From the NCBI GenBank assembly GCA_013115125.1, contig JABANN010000030.1, forward strand, positions 1 through 64,000: a stretch of DNA of 64,000 bases, given 5' to 3'. Positions 49,401 through 62,700 of the stretch are shown here, one piece after another. Position numbers and translations under genes: made by a program. This DNA is from Perkinsus olseni (lineage: Eukaryota). Under the pieces are notes generated by a model, which was not told the DNA's origin, did no database searches, and saw only the letters and a program-made list of their open reading frames with translations. Numbering within the stretch: position 1 is the first letter of the stretch; each line of letters starts with the position of its first letter.

Positions 49401-51561
49401 NNNNNNNNNNNNNNNNNNNNNNNTGCTACTACTGTCACTAACACCTACTACATAGACCAAGGGGGTGCTACTACTGTCACTAACCCCTACTGCAAAGACC
49501 AAGGAGGTGCTACTACTGTCACTAACACCTACTACATAGACCAAGGGGGTGCTACTACTGTCACTAACCCCTACTGCAAAGATCAAGGGGGTGCTACTAC
49601 TGTCCCTAAACCCTACTGCAAAGACCAAGGAGGTGCTACTACTGTCACTAACCCCTACTGCACAGAGGAAGGACAAGGGGCCTACCATGATGTTGCCGCT
49701 GTCATCGACCCCCGTACTCCACTTGAGATACGTCTCTCGATAGAAAGCATCATCATCGATCATAGCAGTGAGGCTGTTGCCCTCGAAGTACCTATCCCAA
49801 GAATTGCCTCCCCACCAGCCCCTCCGCAAGACGACGCTTACGGGTTGAGAGTGATGGCCATCCACTGCCAGTTCTTCATATTAGGATGCTTCGTACGTAG
49901 ATGATGGTTAGTGGCTGATATGAAGCCTCCCGGGCACTCACAAAGATGCATGGTCCCTGACGGTCAACTTTACTCCGGCTCCATGCCTTGCCCGTAGTAC
50001 TTATATCGCCATCAACTCCACCGTCTCCTCCCTCCCCAACACCCTTACAGACCTCCTTGGGGACCAGGGGCATGGCCTCTAGCATCTCCATCATCTTGCA
50101 CCAGGCGTTGGTACACAGCTCTGCCTGGGAGTAGTCCCGCACTTCTCGTACCACAAACGATGTGACCTGCATTACAACCAAGTCGAGAAGTACCACTCCA
50201 TCCACGAATCGTCAACTAAGGCGAGAATGAACGCTATCGCTCAACAAATTTTGCCGAGACCCGGCTTGCACGAGGCTGCCTCTTGAAGGCGCATCCTCGA
50301 GTGATACGAAGAAGAACCGAGACCATCGCGTGACAGGTAAGCCACGAGAATCGTTCTTAGGTAATCTAGTGCAGCGAGAAGAGCTCTTCACTTCCCCAAG
50401 TAGTACCAGTGTGCTTCTAGTGTGAGGCTTCCACGACTCCAAGGCTAGGCCGTCAAGCTTGCACTTTGTCTCGTTCAGCTTCCTCTTCGCCTCCTGAACA
50501 TCCTCAGATATCCTGAACAAGCCATAAACTTCCACTATCATCCACACTGACTGACGCCCCTACCCAGCTTCCCGAGGATGGGAGGTAGCGCCTAACTTGT
50601 CCGCCACTTCACAGATGCACTGCCTTCGCTCCGCCCTGCATTTCTCACAGGGTTCCACAGATGGCGGCAAGTTCCTCATAAAATCTTTGTCAGGATTCTC
50701 AGCGCGGGGGAACTCGAAAAGATGCTTGATGATATCAGTCTTCAATAGATTTCTATCGGGGAAGTACTGCGGCAAAGGCTTGTTCTCATCATAAGCATCC
50801 TGCCGCTCTCCCCAGCCCCTCCGACCTCCCCAACCACCCTTCCCCTTCCCGTATCGTGGCTGCTTGTTCTGATGATAGTAGTCATTATTCCTTGGTCTCT
50901 TATAGCCCGACCGGGAATGGTAATCACCCCCACCGGCACCACCCCAGGAGTTGTTCCACCTCCTACCATACCTCCCACCTCCGCCGCCCTTCCCTCCGCT
51001 ATCACCGTACCAGTCGTTTCTCTCCCACTTGTCGTTTCCTTGCCTCCAATTTTGCCAAGAGCCCCCACCGCCATCATTCCTCTCAGCCCCTCCCTGCCCA
51101 CTACTATCCCAAGATCCGTCTTTCCAGCTAGACCACCGCTCATTGCTCCCCCAGGATCCACCTCCGCTAGAATAATCCCACCCATTCCAGTAAGAGTTGC
51201 CACTCGACTCTACCGCGCTCTGCTCCTTATCGGGCTGAATGGAAGATACCGCGCCGCCCTCTACATTATAACTACCATCCACCGCTTTCTCTGAGGACGC
51301 TCCGCCCTCCTCATTACTACTAGCATCCACCACGTTCTCCAGGGTAGCGCCATTGCCCTCCTCATTATGACTACCATCCACCACTCCCCCTGAAGGAGCC
51401 CCACCTTCCTCATTCTGACTACCGTCTACCACTTGTCCTGAGGGAGCTCCACCCTCCTCATTATTTATACTACTATCCACAACATTCCCCAGGGGAGCGT
51501 CACTGGCCTCCTCCATCCCCGTACTCATGGCACCCTCATCAAGCTGCTGAGGATCAGACAT
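46490..51561 (-). CDS. CMTR2: Cap-specific mRNA 2'-O-methyltransferase 2 (FtsJ-type) with long N-terminal extension, multi-exon
   Basis: AELCTNAWCKMME; LHLCECPGGFISATNH; WMAITLNP|YFEGN; DIVTADGSVD; VLKMFTLFE; KPEMSKPGNSE|VYVVG (K-D-K-E tetrad context). The 50560-51561 exon splices in frame to the core (PREAG|ISEDVQEAK). Confidence 0.9.
49326..49423. other. Assembly gap (N run)
   Basis: Run of n abutting a minisatellite inside a CMTR2 intron. Confidence 1.
49424..49661. repeat. 42-bp intronic minisatellite with two unit variants
   Basis: tgctactactgtcactaacacctactacatagaccaaggggg / tgctactactgtcactaacccctactgcaaagaccaaggagg, about 5.7 units visible. Confidence 0.95.
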
Positions 51562-51749
51562 GCAGCACAGTCAACTCTGTCAGTAACCGAAAAGTACAAC
51601 CCCACCGCAGAGGGGCAGGTGATGACTCCATTCGCTACGCCCACCACCACCTATACCACCCCCTCCCCTCGGGAACTACTACCGAACACGACACTGTGTG
51701 AAGGTAGTGCAGCACTATAAGAAACAATAGACTTCGTAAGGGCGGGCTT

Positions 51750-54700
51750 CTACATTTTCCTCTCAGCCAAACTGTTAATCCACTTCCGGCACACCTTGGC
51801 TGCCTCTCTCATTGCTCGGGTCCTCAACGCCTCCACCTCGCAGACAGCAGCGCCTACCGCTCTTCCCAGACCATAGGCGGCTATCTGCCTCAGGGCAGGA
51901 CGGCTCAACTCGAGACTCTTAGAACAAGTCGTGAGCATCTCCTGGACCTTATGAGAGAAATGCTTCACCAGTTTACGCATGGGGGACTTCTTCGATAGCG
52001 TTGAAGTCGATCGAATGACGAGCCCAAGAATGGCTGGTGCAACGAATTCGCCAAAGTAGAAGACCTCCTCTACAGCCCTACGGCAATCCACGTCGTCTGC
52101 CCCTGCCTTGTGCAGCTTCATCCCATGCTGTAAGTAGGTCTCATCAACTTCCTTCGCTACTTGTTCTAGCAAGTCCTCCGCTTCCTCCTTCGAGTCTTCA
52201 TCAGGAGATGCCATGAGGCTCTTCTCAGCTCGGTAAAGCAATGCAGGTAAGGCAGCCGCTGGCTGACTGGAAGGGAGCATCTCTCCAGCCAACTCGATAA
52301 ACTCCTCCCGCTGGGCCCGTTCAAGGGGCGGCAGATCGACTTTCTGTCGCATCTCCATGACAAGCCTTCTCATCGGGTGCATGGAGGAAATATCCTCCCT
52401 CGGCTCTACTTGGGGGTGAGGGCTCAGGTCCTCAGTACCGATAATGGACCCCAAGGCCGTCAGAGGCTCCTCCAATGTTCGCGAGGAGGTCAGCACGGCT
52501 GTGCTGCCATCCACCTTCGGGCCGAGGATGGCAGGTGGTATCGCGAAATGAATCGGAGTAAGGTCCTGGTCAACGCCACCAGGACCTCCCATCACACTGC
52601 TACACTCAGTCCGGCACCCAGCTCTGAGGTACTCTTCCACCCTTCCCCAAAGGCCCTCCTGAAGGGTCAGTAAAACAGTGTCGCTCATGTCCGAGTCGAA
52701 GTCCCGGACATGGGCCACTGCCGCTGGTTTGTTCCCGGTCAGCCAAAGTAGCGTTCGGTGCTGAGCGTTCTTCAGATCACTCAAAGTCTGATGGAGAAAG
52801 CATCACTAGCTCGTTCCGCTCGGAGAACGCCAGGGCCCTGGATACTACCTCCTGCCTCTCTTCCCCAATATCCGTTACTCCGAGACCTCCCTTGAGGAGT
52901 ACTATCTCCAATACCGATAGATGATCACAATTGGGATGGCGTAGTCTAGCGGCCCGGCACACAGCAAAAGCTGGTATCGGCTCACCACGGCCGATGAGGG
53001 CCTGAAGTTGTCCAGTCACTCATGATCAGCAATGGCGGACTGCTTACCACAATAGCACAGATTATGAGCATTCTTCCAATAGAGCATTCCTCTCCTTCCT
53101 CCTGCAGTTCGCTCTCCTCCTCATCCCAACTTTTCCCGAACTCAAGCAACTGCTCTACTGGTACCTCCTTGGGCACCAACGCCGAGGCTATGCGAGCCCT
53201 AGTCAACATGCGCTGACGGAAAGGCTTCCCCGTCTGCGAGGAAGTGCTGTCACCGTTGATGCTCATCTCGGACAGTTTCAACATCCGCCTGCCCAGGTCC
53301 TGCGCTTGGTCGGTGGTAAGAGCGGACAGGTACGGCCGGACGGCGAAGTAGCAAGGCGACGTGTGACCGAAGGACTGCAGAGGGGAGAGGGGGGTGGGTG
53401 AGAATTACGACACGATAAGTTAGAATACCTCGACGTAACCCTCCAAGTCAGCTACGAGATTGTCAGTATCACCACTCGAGGCGGAAAGGAGCATGAGCCC
53501 TAGCCTGGCCAAGGACGCGCAGGGCACACCGCCATAGCGGACCGAGTTATCGTGCCTGACAGATGCAGTTGATCGAAGGCAGCGTCCCTGCCAGGATGCC
53601 ACCCTCACTACTCTGGAATATCATTTTCAGACTGAGGTCGTTCCCCGATGGAAGCCTCCTGCAGCCACTCCCTGACCACTGTTATGTTGCTATCAACACC
53701 ACTAGAGGCAGCCAGGGACACAGCCTTCCTGATAGTACTCATGTCTGGCTCAGAATCTGATACGGCAGAATTGGTCTAGCAGTAGGAGGACCATCATGCT
53801 CCTCACCTGCAAGTACGGCAGTCAAGGCGTTATCTAGCTGACCGGCCGTCTCGTAGATCTCGGCACGCAGCCTGCACTTCTGCCCATCACTGGCGAAGGC
53901 TCCCAACTTGTCCACAGTAGTGATGGCCTCTTCCCACTCCTCATGGGCCACCAAAACACTCAACCAGAGGAGCTGCTTGGATGCCTCTCGACGAGGGGTG
54001 GTGTCCTCGGGCGGATTGGCGAGAACCTGACGACAACGCCACCATCCCTACGCTTCCCAAGAGCACACTGGACCTACCTTGCTCAAGGAAGCCTTGGCAA
54101 GCCTCAATACGGGGTCTGTCGGGTTGGGACGAGACAGCAGGACCGCCAGTACGTAGCCGCAGAGGAACTGCTGCGACTTGCCGGGAATTGCCTTTGCCCT
54201 GAAAGATCCCTTTCGACCCTCATAGTGTGCTTCGCTATCCTCATAGTACAATCTCATAGCAGCTTGCTGGGCCGCTGTCCAGTCGGAAACTCTCAAGGCC
54301 GCGACGTAAACAGTCGTAAGACCTTCCTCGAGCTCAGGGCCATCCTCTGCCCCCACCGCCTTCTGGTACATTTTCAATATGGGTTGATAACAAGAATTAG
54401 CACGATACACCTGCAAGGCCGCCAATGCACCTCCCTCTACTACCACTGCCCTCCTTACCACTGCCATTGTCGATATTAGAGTATCGTCAGTAGGAGGCCC
54501 TTCCTTTAGGAGCTCATCGCATAAGGCCAACGCCTCAGAGTGCCGACCCAGACGATCTAACGCCACTGATGCTAGGGCCCTGACGACGACAAGGAGGACG
54601 GCTATGGTGGCTCCAAGGAGAGTGCTAGGAGTACTTTATTATTTGATTATCAGGTGTTAGGGATAGTTGGGCATTAGCGAGCTTTAATGCTTGCTTGTTG

Positions 54701-54777
54701 TTGCCCCCATCCAAGGCCTCATAAATAGCCTTCAATTTCCTCGTAACCGAGGGGGTGTCGTGATTCCCTTTGGCCAT
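51750..54777 (-). CDS. NAA25: NatB N-terminal acetyltransferase auxiliary subunit (NAA25/MDM20), multi-exon
   Basis: RKLKAIYEALDGGNNKQALKLAN...ALDRLGRHSEALALCD..PPTDD; RVSDWTAAQQAAMRLY; YVEVFGHTSPCYFAVRPYL. Confidence 0.85.
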
Positions 54778-55106
54778 TCAGTAATGATAAGGAACTGAAT
54801 ACAGAGGACGTAGACTCGGGAACGAAGACCAGCGGAGAGTGTTGTGAGAAGATCCAACATGGGCCAGGACAAGCCATTAAGCGACGAGCACCTGACTAGA
54901 CTTTCTAAACCCGCAACCATCAAACACGCGAAGGTTCGAGCCCACCCGTGCCACTTTTTAGCACCCACATGCCGTGCGTGGCGTGTATCTTGAGCATTCC
55001 TCGCAGTGACGGGATAAAGTGGAGTTCCCTTCCCCGTAGACCGTCGTGTCCAGGGCAACCGTGTGTTGTGACGCAGATCATCATCAATGCCCCATCTGCC
55101 TTTACT

Positions 55107-58100
55107 ATGACCGACGACAAAAGGCAGGCATCCAATAGCGGAACAACGACATCAAGAGGGGAGCTCTCCGACGCCAGCCTTCCCCTATTACAGGACTTAC
55201 CGCAGGATGGAGGAATGCAGCAGGAAGGAGTCTACAACCGAGGTACTGCCGTCCTTTTAGCGTACTAGGGGACTCAAGGCTCTCCCGTTAGGGTCAGTGA
55301 ACAGCACGGCTCGTCGACCGGGCCTAGGCGCTGTGCCGCAGTACAGCCCGTCCTATCGGGTACCCAATGGTGGATCACCTCGGAAGAATATTATGGTAAT
55401 GCATGGGATTCGTTACTGTATGACGTTAGACGGATCTCTATCGTATAGGAAGCAGTAACTTTTATTAGTCACCAGGACTTTGCTGTCGAATGGCGTAGGT
55501 TGGCGAATCCTAGGTCGAACCGCGAGAGCCACTTGAGATACAACATAAGACTGTTGATATTTCGTGACGAGTTTGCCGCCAAAACCTGTCTGTGTGTATC
55601 CGAAAGGTGTGCTTGGCTTCGCTCATAACGGAGGCCAGGTATCCCAGCGTGAGGAGCTGTCTCGTCCTTCACGGAGGAGCTACTCTGGCGACCCCGAAGC
55701 GGAGCGGAGTAGTTACCCCTACTCCCCTGTCAAGCCCACTGCGACTGCCCAATCATGGTTCACCGTATCGGGCCCTATGGGTCCCCAGTCAACTCCAATC
55801 GACCATGATCAACGATCAACAGATAGCAGGTCACAGGGGCCTGCGTGTGGTCCGACCAATTTCTAATATTCTTCCTTTTAGAGTCAATGGCGGGAGGTCC
55901 TCTTGGCAACGTCAGAATCTGAAGATGTTCATACAGGGTGGACGACGAAGTCTCATCTCTCATAAGGGAGAGCTCAACGTCCACCGACTTATACCCAATC
56001 GGACCAAGGCAACCAATTTCCTTTCCCCGTCAATCTTGTGGACTTTCCTTCGCGTCAGGTGTATCTCAACTGGCTGTATGACACCTTCCCATCTATCATC
56101 AGGCTCCACTACGGCACTCTCTTCTTTGCAGTCTTTGTCGTGTAATTATCACCGCCCATTCGCTCCGGGCACTCCTGTCCCCCATCAGATACGTTGTGGC
56201 GATCTTCATATACGCGTCATGCCTGCAAGTGATAGATCCCCACTACGTCTGTGCCTCAAGCGTCCACTGCTTTTCTGATTATTACTTTTTTGTGGTACTT
56301 GAAAGGGAGCCTGCTGGCCATTTCCGCCTGACCCCCGTCCCTACTCAGGTCCAGACGATATTCACTATTGGCTATGGTGGTAAGGAGCCCCTTTGTTTCG
56401 GTACTAATGTTGGCGTTACTATTATATCCATTCTGGGCATGATCATGCACACCGCCCTCACCGGGATTGTCTTCGCCAAATTCACTCTTGACAGTAGGGG
56501 AGGCCTCAGCGCGGCCTTTTCTAGATGATCTAGCTGTCCATTTTTAGATTCCCGGAATGTAGCTTGTGCCTTCTCGACTCGGGTACTGGCGATACCACCA
56601 CCATCAAGCGGGACCTCATCAAAGTAATACGGGCGCATAGCTTCTCACAGAAAGTTCGGCTGTTAAAATATATGCCTTGCTGCGATGGTGACAATAGATT
56701 CTGTTGTAGCATCTTCAGCCCGTGCGTTAAGCAAGGGCGCTATGAAGATACCTCTCAACGCGTAGGGCCGAAGTCCGCAGGGCCCGCGAGTCGCGCTCCG
56801 ATGTTTTCGAGCAATTCCTTTCAGTGATGATGGTAACACTGGTATGGCATCAGATGATCATCTCAGGCTATGCTTCCGCTTTGTCAATGTAATAGCCCCT
56901 TTTTGTCATCTCTCCACTTAACGCCCTATGCCGCATATCCATAGGTATTCCACCGTCATTTCTTTCACGTTAATATGCGTCTTTTCCTAGTAGAGCACGT
57001 CTCGGCCGGGGACGGATGGAGCTGTCCTACAGTACAGGTATTTACATACCGCTCCAAGCCCAACTCATCTTACTTTTCTTCAGGAGGTGCATTACTTCGA
57101 TACCTCCATTCCGTTGGAGTTCATGAGTTTACCAGTGGAAGTCTGCGCGTATATACCGCTCGACAGGCTATTGATGATGGATACTGAGGAAGAGGAGGGG
57201 AATGGCAACTTCCTCCAGGAGGCCTCTATGGCGGACCTTACCTGCGCCAGTGCTGACAGTAGTAACTGCGGTGGTCGCCGGGAGCTTTAGTTCGTCATGA
57301 GGGAGCAGCGGAAATAGACTCTGGTTGCTCTTCAAGAGACACTTCCTTAATTTCATTAGCGATCCCAGGATTGAATTTACCATGTGAAAGATGGTACCGG
57401 GAGCGCTCTTGAAATATGGGAGAGCTCAGTGTCACACGCACACCCTCTGGTGATGGACTTGCATTCGAGTGGGGTTCATTTCAGGCGGACTGTCTAACCC
57501 TTCATGTCCATCGGCAACGCGACGACGACTCAATCAGGCTGACATCAACCGAGCTTTTAATATGAACACTATCACAATGGGAAGGCAGAATTGGATACGA
57601 CATTTCAGTGACCAGTACGAAAGATCTCACCGCGTCGGCCTCTCCCGTTACCACTGGTGTTCGGCAGGTACAAGCATGCGGATGCTGATGTGAACACTCG
57701 GACGCTGCCGCCCTTGCCGCGGGGGAACTCAGTGGAGATGCCTCGGCCTCGGGCGACGACTCATTCAGCATACGGCATCTCGAGTGGAGGGCACTCCTCG
57801 TAGTGATGGGTTGTGGGTTGAAGACTCGGGTGGTCTCTTACGAACCTACGAACTTTTCGTGGATTATCCTTGGAATGTAGAAATACTCCAGTATCAGTAT
57901 TTGGCGACGGGGCCTAGTCTCTCGAACAGATCCAATAGTAGAACATGCGACCTCTTTCATCATGGTTGGGTGGCCCCGTCAATGGCCTGTGGTTTTCGTG
58001 ATCGCTCGTTACCATCGGCGCACTAGAGTGATCTCTGTCGCTTGTCGAAGGAGAGCTACGGCATCGCTTCAAATCTTTCCGAACCGTCAAGTTGTGTTAT

Positions 58101-59262
58101 GTTTCAGACGGCTGCGGCGCATGAAGACCATAACCAGCAGTAACGAGAGGGCTAGTAGTTTCGAGCTGGTCTGCACTATTGAGTTCATGGATGCCACCAC
58201 GGGTAGGGAGCCTCGTGTAAGTAGTGCTCGAGTCCCTACTGGCTCAGGGAACGAGATTAACGCGAGGAAGTCCTGGCCGTTGTCTGACGTCACGTGGCTG
58301 CCAGCGGGAACGGAGAGCTCACTGTGCTGGGACAAGATTGTGCAGAGAGTCGGTGATAACGGCTCCTATGATGTTGATGTAATGTGGGCCCTCTGGTTGT
58401 CGTCTCTCGCTGGTTGTTGGTATCATTAACGGTCAGGTGACCAACCTTGATGCCATGACGGACGAGGGGTATGACCTTGCCGAGATGAACTGTGCTGCTG
58501 GCGATGGTGATGAGGATGGGAATGCCCCAAGAGTACTACACGCTTTCGGTACAGCTGCGAAAGTCAGTTTCCATGGTAGATGTACTGGTCTGAAGGAGGC
58601 GACCCGAGAGTTCATATGGCTGCTGGTGGCGGGGACAGCTCCCCTAGCCGGTAGTAGTGCGGGGGGAGTTGTGGGTTATCCGACACCCAAGGGGAGTCAT
58701 CGTGTAGTAGTGTACCGCATTTTGTAGAAAGAGTGCCTTCTGATCAGCATTGGAAGTTTAACGTCGTGCGGCCGTGCCTGGCAACAGTCCTTTCTCTTGC
58801 AGGAGTCCTCGCACATCATCGAGAGGTCGCACATTCTCTGATTGGGGTATTGAATTCAAAGGCAGTGCATTGCCGATGGAGACGAGCGAGTAGTATGGGT
58901 CCTTCCTAGCACGTGCTGCTTAGCATTCTATTGCCAACCTGAAAGGCTGACTCTCCTTTGAGTGTTGAAACTCAACTATGCCTGCAGTGTTACTTCCGAG
59001 CTGAAGGCGATGATGGATCCGCGACATAACGTTGTTGTTGTTTCCCTTGCTCAGGTTAGCCCAAAGTACGGAGTCACCAACGGCCGGGCCTGACAAGGAG
59101 AGGGCCTCAGTTGACCTCGAGGATCCCCCGCTGAACAGCGGTAATGCTAATACTGCCAAGACTACTCCGGGTTCGACGCATTTGTCCCCTCGTACGCCTC
59201 GCCCCCGGAACCCGTTCCTGCGGCCCCGAGCTTTCAGCACTGAATTGGTGGACAGCCTGTAG
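55107..59262 (+). CDS. Inward-rectifier K+ channel (Kir) paralogue 1, multi-exon
   Basis: LYDTFPSIIRL, M1, YVC, FFVVQTIFTIGYGG..C, M2 GIVFAKF, CFRFVN, FELVCTIEFMDATTGNEINARKSW; end ...ELVDSL* inferred from similarity to paralogue 2. Confidence 0.88.
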
Positions 59263-59702
59263 CTGGGAGCTGAGCTTTTGGGGACTCCCGAGGTCCTCCT
59301 CGGCAGCAGTAACGTAGCGATGATGTATAATATGAATCGGGCTAGGCCATTCTCTTTTTTTATGGACATAAAGTTCACGCTGTATGGAATTTGTAAAGTG
59401 ACAAATGTGATAATTATTGCCACATTTATCGAGACGAGGGTGTCCTCCCTTTCCTGTTCGTTATCACCATTCTGAACTCTACTTTCTCTGGCCACGGCTC
59501 CTTGGTACGATTCACTTGGTACATTATGAGGAGACCCTGGTTTAGAAGACGCTCTGGCTTCTGGTTCAATGCAGTGTTGGGTTCGCGGACTGCGGGTCAG
59601 TCAATGCGGTAGTGGGCGTTGTAGAGAGAACCACGCTGGTGTGGCAAATGAGCCTAGGCAGAATCGTCCAACGGCCGTGCTTGTCCTGAGATACCACTTT
59701 TA

Positions 59703-62700
59703 ATGAATCATGCACTATCCCAGTCATCCAGCAAAGCGTCTCTGACATCCCGGGGAAGGACGCAGGTCGAGGAGCCTCTATTGTCCTCTACTAGGCGCGG
59801 TGGGGAAGAGCAGCACCATGAGAGAGGCGTCAGTGGTAGTCGTAAGGGGGGCTCGTTGGTCTCAGATCCCGCATGGGACGGTGGCTGTGGATGGATCGAG
59901 TTCAGGTCCTGCATCCCCTGGGTTAGCAGCATTGGGTAGGGTACCGCAGGGCGCTTCCTATAGACGAAACGACAGCGATATGGTAGATAGTAGTTGGGAG
60001 GGTGTGGGATATGGTAGCGTCCCTTGTGGTAGGAGACCTATGGTCGTTGGAAGGAGCAACAACAGCGCATTGGCCAGCGTGGTGAGTCGGAGCCCAATCT
60101 CGCTCGGATCAGATCAACCCAACACGGTGCATTGGGGCCCGAACGCTGTCAGACTGCCGCCCTTGATGTCCCTCTGTGGGATGAGGATACCACCAGCCAC
60201 AAGAGCAACAGGTAGTAGAAGTACCAACGTGCATAAGCCCCAGTCATCGCTAGAGGGGGAGATAGTGGCTTGAGAGGCTGTATCATTCTCGATTGCCGGC
60301 AGCAGGCTCTCCTCGTGGATGCGGGAATGGTCGTGACCTGCTCAACTCGCCTCCGCCGACGTTTGGTGTAGACGGACGATGTCCCGACGCGTTTCGTCTG
60401 CACTTTTCCGACTACGGAATCATCTCTCGCGCGCCACGAAATCTGAGACACGCCAGTTATAGCGATTAATAGTATCGTCAATGCGTCCTTCTGCATCAGT
60501 CGTTTTCTCAGTGGCAGCAGGAGCAGCTCCTGGTTCGATATGAGGGTCTTCATGCGAGGTGGGCGGAGGAGTATCATATCTCCTCGAGGAGAAGTCAACG
60601 TCCATCGACTCATTCCCGAAGGGACTAAGGTGAATCTTCCCGCTCTGCGTAGCACATGCTTCAACCTACTGCTCTTCGCAGTTGTACTTAAATTGGTTCT
60701 ACGATGCATTCGCTTGCATCATACGACTGCCTTACAAGAAGCTGTTTCTCTATATAACAATAACGTAGGATAACAGTCTCTTGGCCATCTTGTCCGTGAG
60801 CGCCGTACCGCTCCTTTCGCAGATATGTGCTGACTATAGGGCTATACGCCGTGGGACTGCAGATCATCGACCCTCACTATGTCTGTGCTAGTAGCGTTAA
60901 CAACTTCCCAGACTACTACTTCTTTGTCGTAGGAGCTGATGCCGATGTTCTATCTATTTCCCTGACCCTCGTCTCTACTCAGGTCCAGACGATATTCACT
61001 ATTGGCTATGGTGGTAAGGAGCCCCTTTGTTTCGGTACTAATGTTGGCGTTACTATTATATCCATTCTGGGTATGATCATGCATACCGCCCTCACCGGGA
61101 TTGTCTTCACCAAGTTCACTCTCGACAGTAGGGGAGGCCGCCGTGAGCTGCTGTGGTATCCTCGACTCTCTTTCGTTCTCAGATTCACGTAATGTCGCTT
61201 GCGCCTTCTCCACGCGGCTTCTCGCGATACCCCCTCCTGGCTACGATCATGAATTCCCCTCAAGCGAGTCCAGCGAGTAATATCGATCGTGTGAGCCCGA
61301 TGGCAGTGATCCGCGAGTGTTCTCAGGGAAGGCAAAGACAGAGCGGTGCGGAAAGAGGATGAGGTCGTTGAGGGCGAGGATGAGCAGTTGGACAAGCATC
61401 TTCGACTATGTTTTCGCTTTGTAGATGTAGCAGCCCAGCTCCTACCAGGCCCGGCTTCCTCACACCGTTCACCCCTGTAGGTGTTTCATCGGAATTTTTT
61501 CCATGTTGACATGCGGCTGTTCCTTGTCGAACATGACACCTCTCTGGACGGTTGGAGCTGCCCCACAGTGCAGGTGAGCAGCCTTACTGCTTAGCATTCA
61601 TCAACGCTCTCTCGAGGATCTTGAGAGAACATTCAGCATTACCGATTGAGTCCGCACTGGAATCAGTCGATGTAGCTATATTTACCGGAATTTTCGCTAA
61701 GTATGAGTACAGTAGAACATGAGTAAGAACCTCCGAGACAAGCGGTCCTTGATGCCTGGATACTTCGTATCGCCTCGGAGGGGAGCGAGAATCGAGAGAC
61801 GACGACTGCTGCTGCAGCTGCCGGTGCTCGCTGCGTATCAGTGAACGGAGTGTGGTGATCGAAGCGCTCGGGATGGCATCGGTCTCCCAGCCAGGAGGTT
61901 TACGACAGCGCCGGACGAATTGAGATACAGTGGAGTTGTCGTTTGGTTGGGTAGTTCGCTTCGGTCCTTCAGGAACTGCACTTCTTCGACACCTCGATGC
62001 CGCTAGAGTTCATGAGCTTGCCCGTGGAAGTCTGTGCCTACATACCCCTCGACAAGCTCGCCGTTATCGCTGATATAGATGATGAGGCTGACGCAGACAG
62101 CAACAGCAGCAGTTGTGATGACGTGCCAGGAGGTAGGGGGCGCACACCAGCCGGGCTTGGGCTCGTTCGGGCAAGCCTGATCGATGTAGGTGAATCGAAT
62201 CCACTGAGCTGCTCCAACGCGCCCTCTCCATCGCTGGCCGAGGATGGTAAGTTGCCTACGGAGCAGCCATACGACAACACCAACACCATCACTCTACGAG
62301 AACGGAATTGGGTGCGTCATTTCAGTCCGGGGTGAGACTTTACCGGCCAGCGAGTCTTTTGCTGAGTGTTGCACTTCAGATTCAACAATCACATCGAGGC
62401 GTTGAACCACAGGACCTTGCCGCCGATTCCGAAGTCAGTCAAGGGGCCCGCTGCAGCTTCTCTAGTCCAGGACAACCCCGGCCGAGCTGTCAGCCCTGAG
62501 AGGTATCGCAGCTCCTCGGATTAGTGGGACCTCCCAGGTCTTATGAACCTCAGGCGTTTACGGCAAATGCAATCAACTACCAGCAAGAGCAGCAGCAGTT
62601 TCGAGCTCGTCTGCACCGTAGAATTCACGGACGCTACCACTGGTAGAGTCTCCATCCCGTCTCGTGGTAGAAGAGGCTTCCCTGCATCTCCCAGGTAACG

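Noticed and set aside
49293-49904. Repetitive ORFs on both strands and CRISPR-like periodicity
   Set aside because: Translations of an intronic minisatellite and the N-gap; no unique spacers or cas genes.
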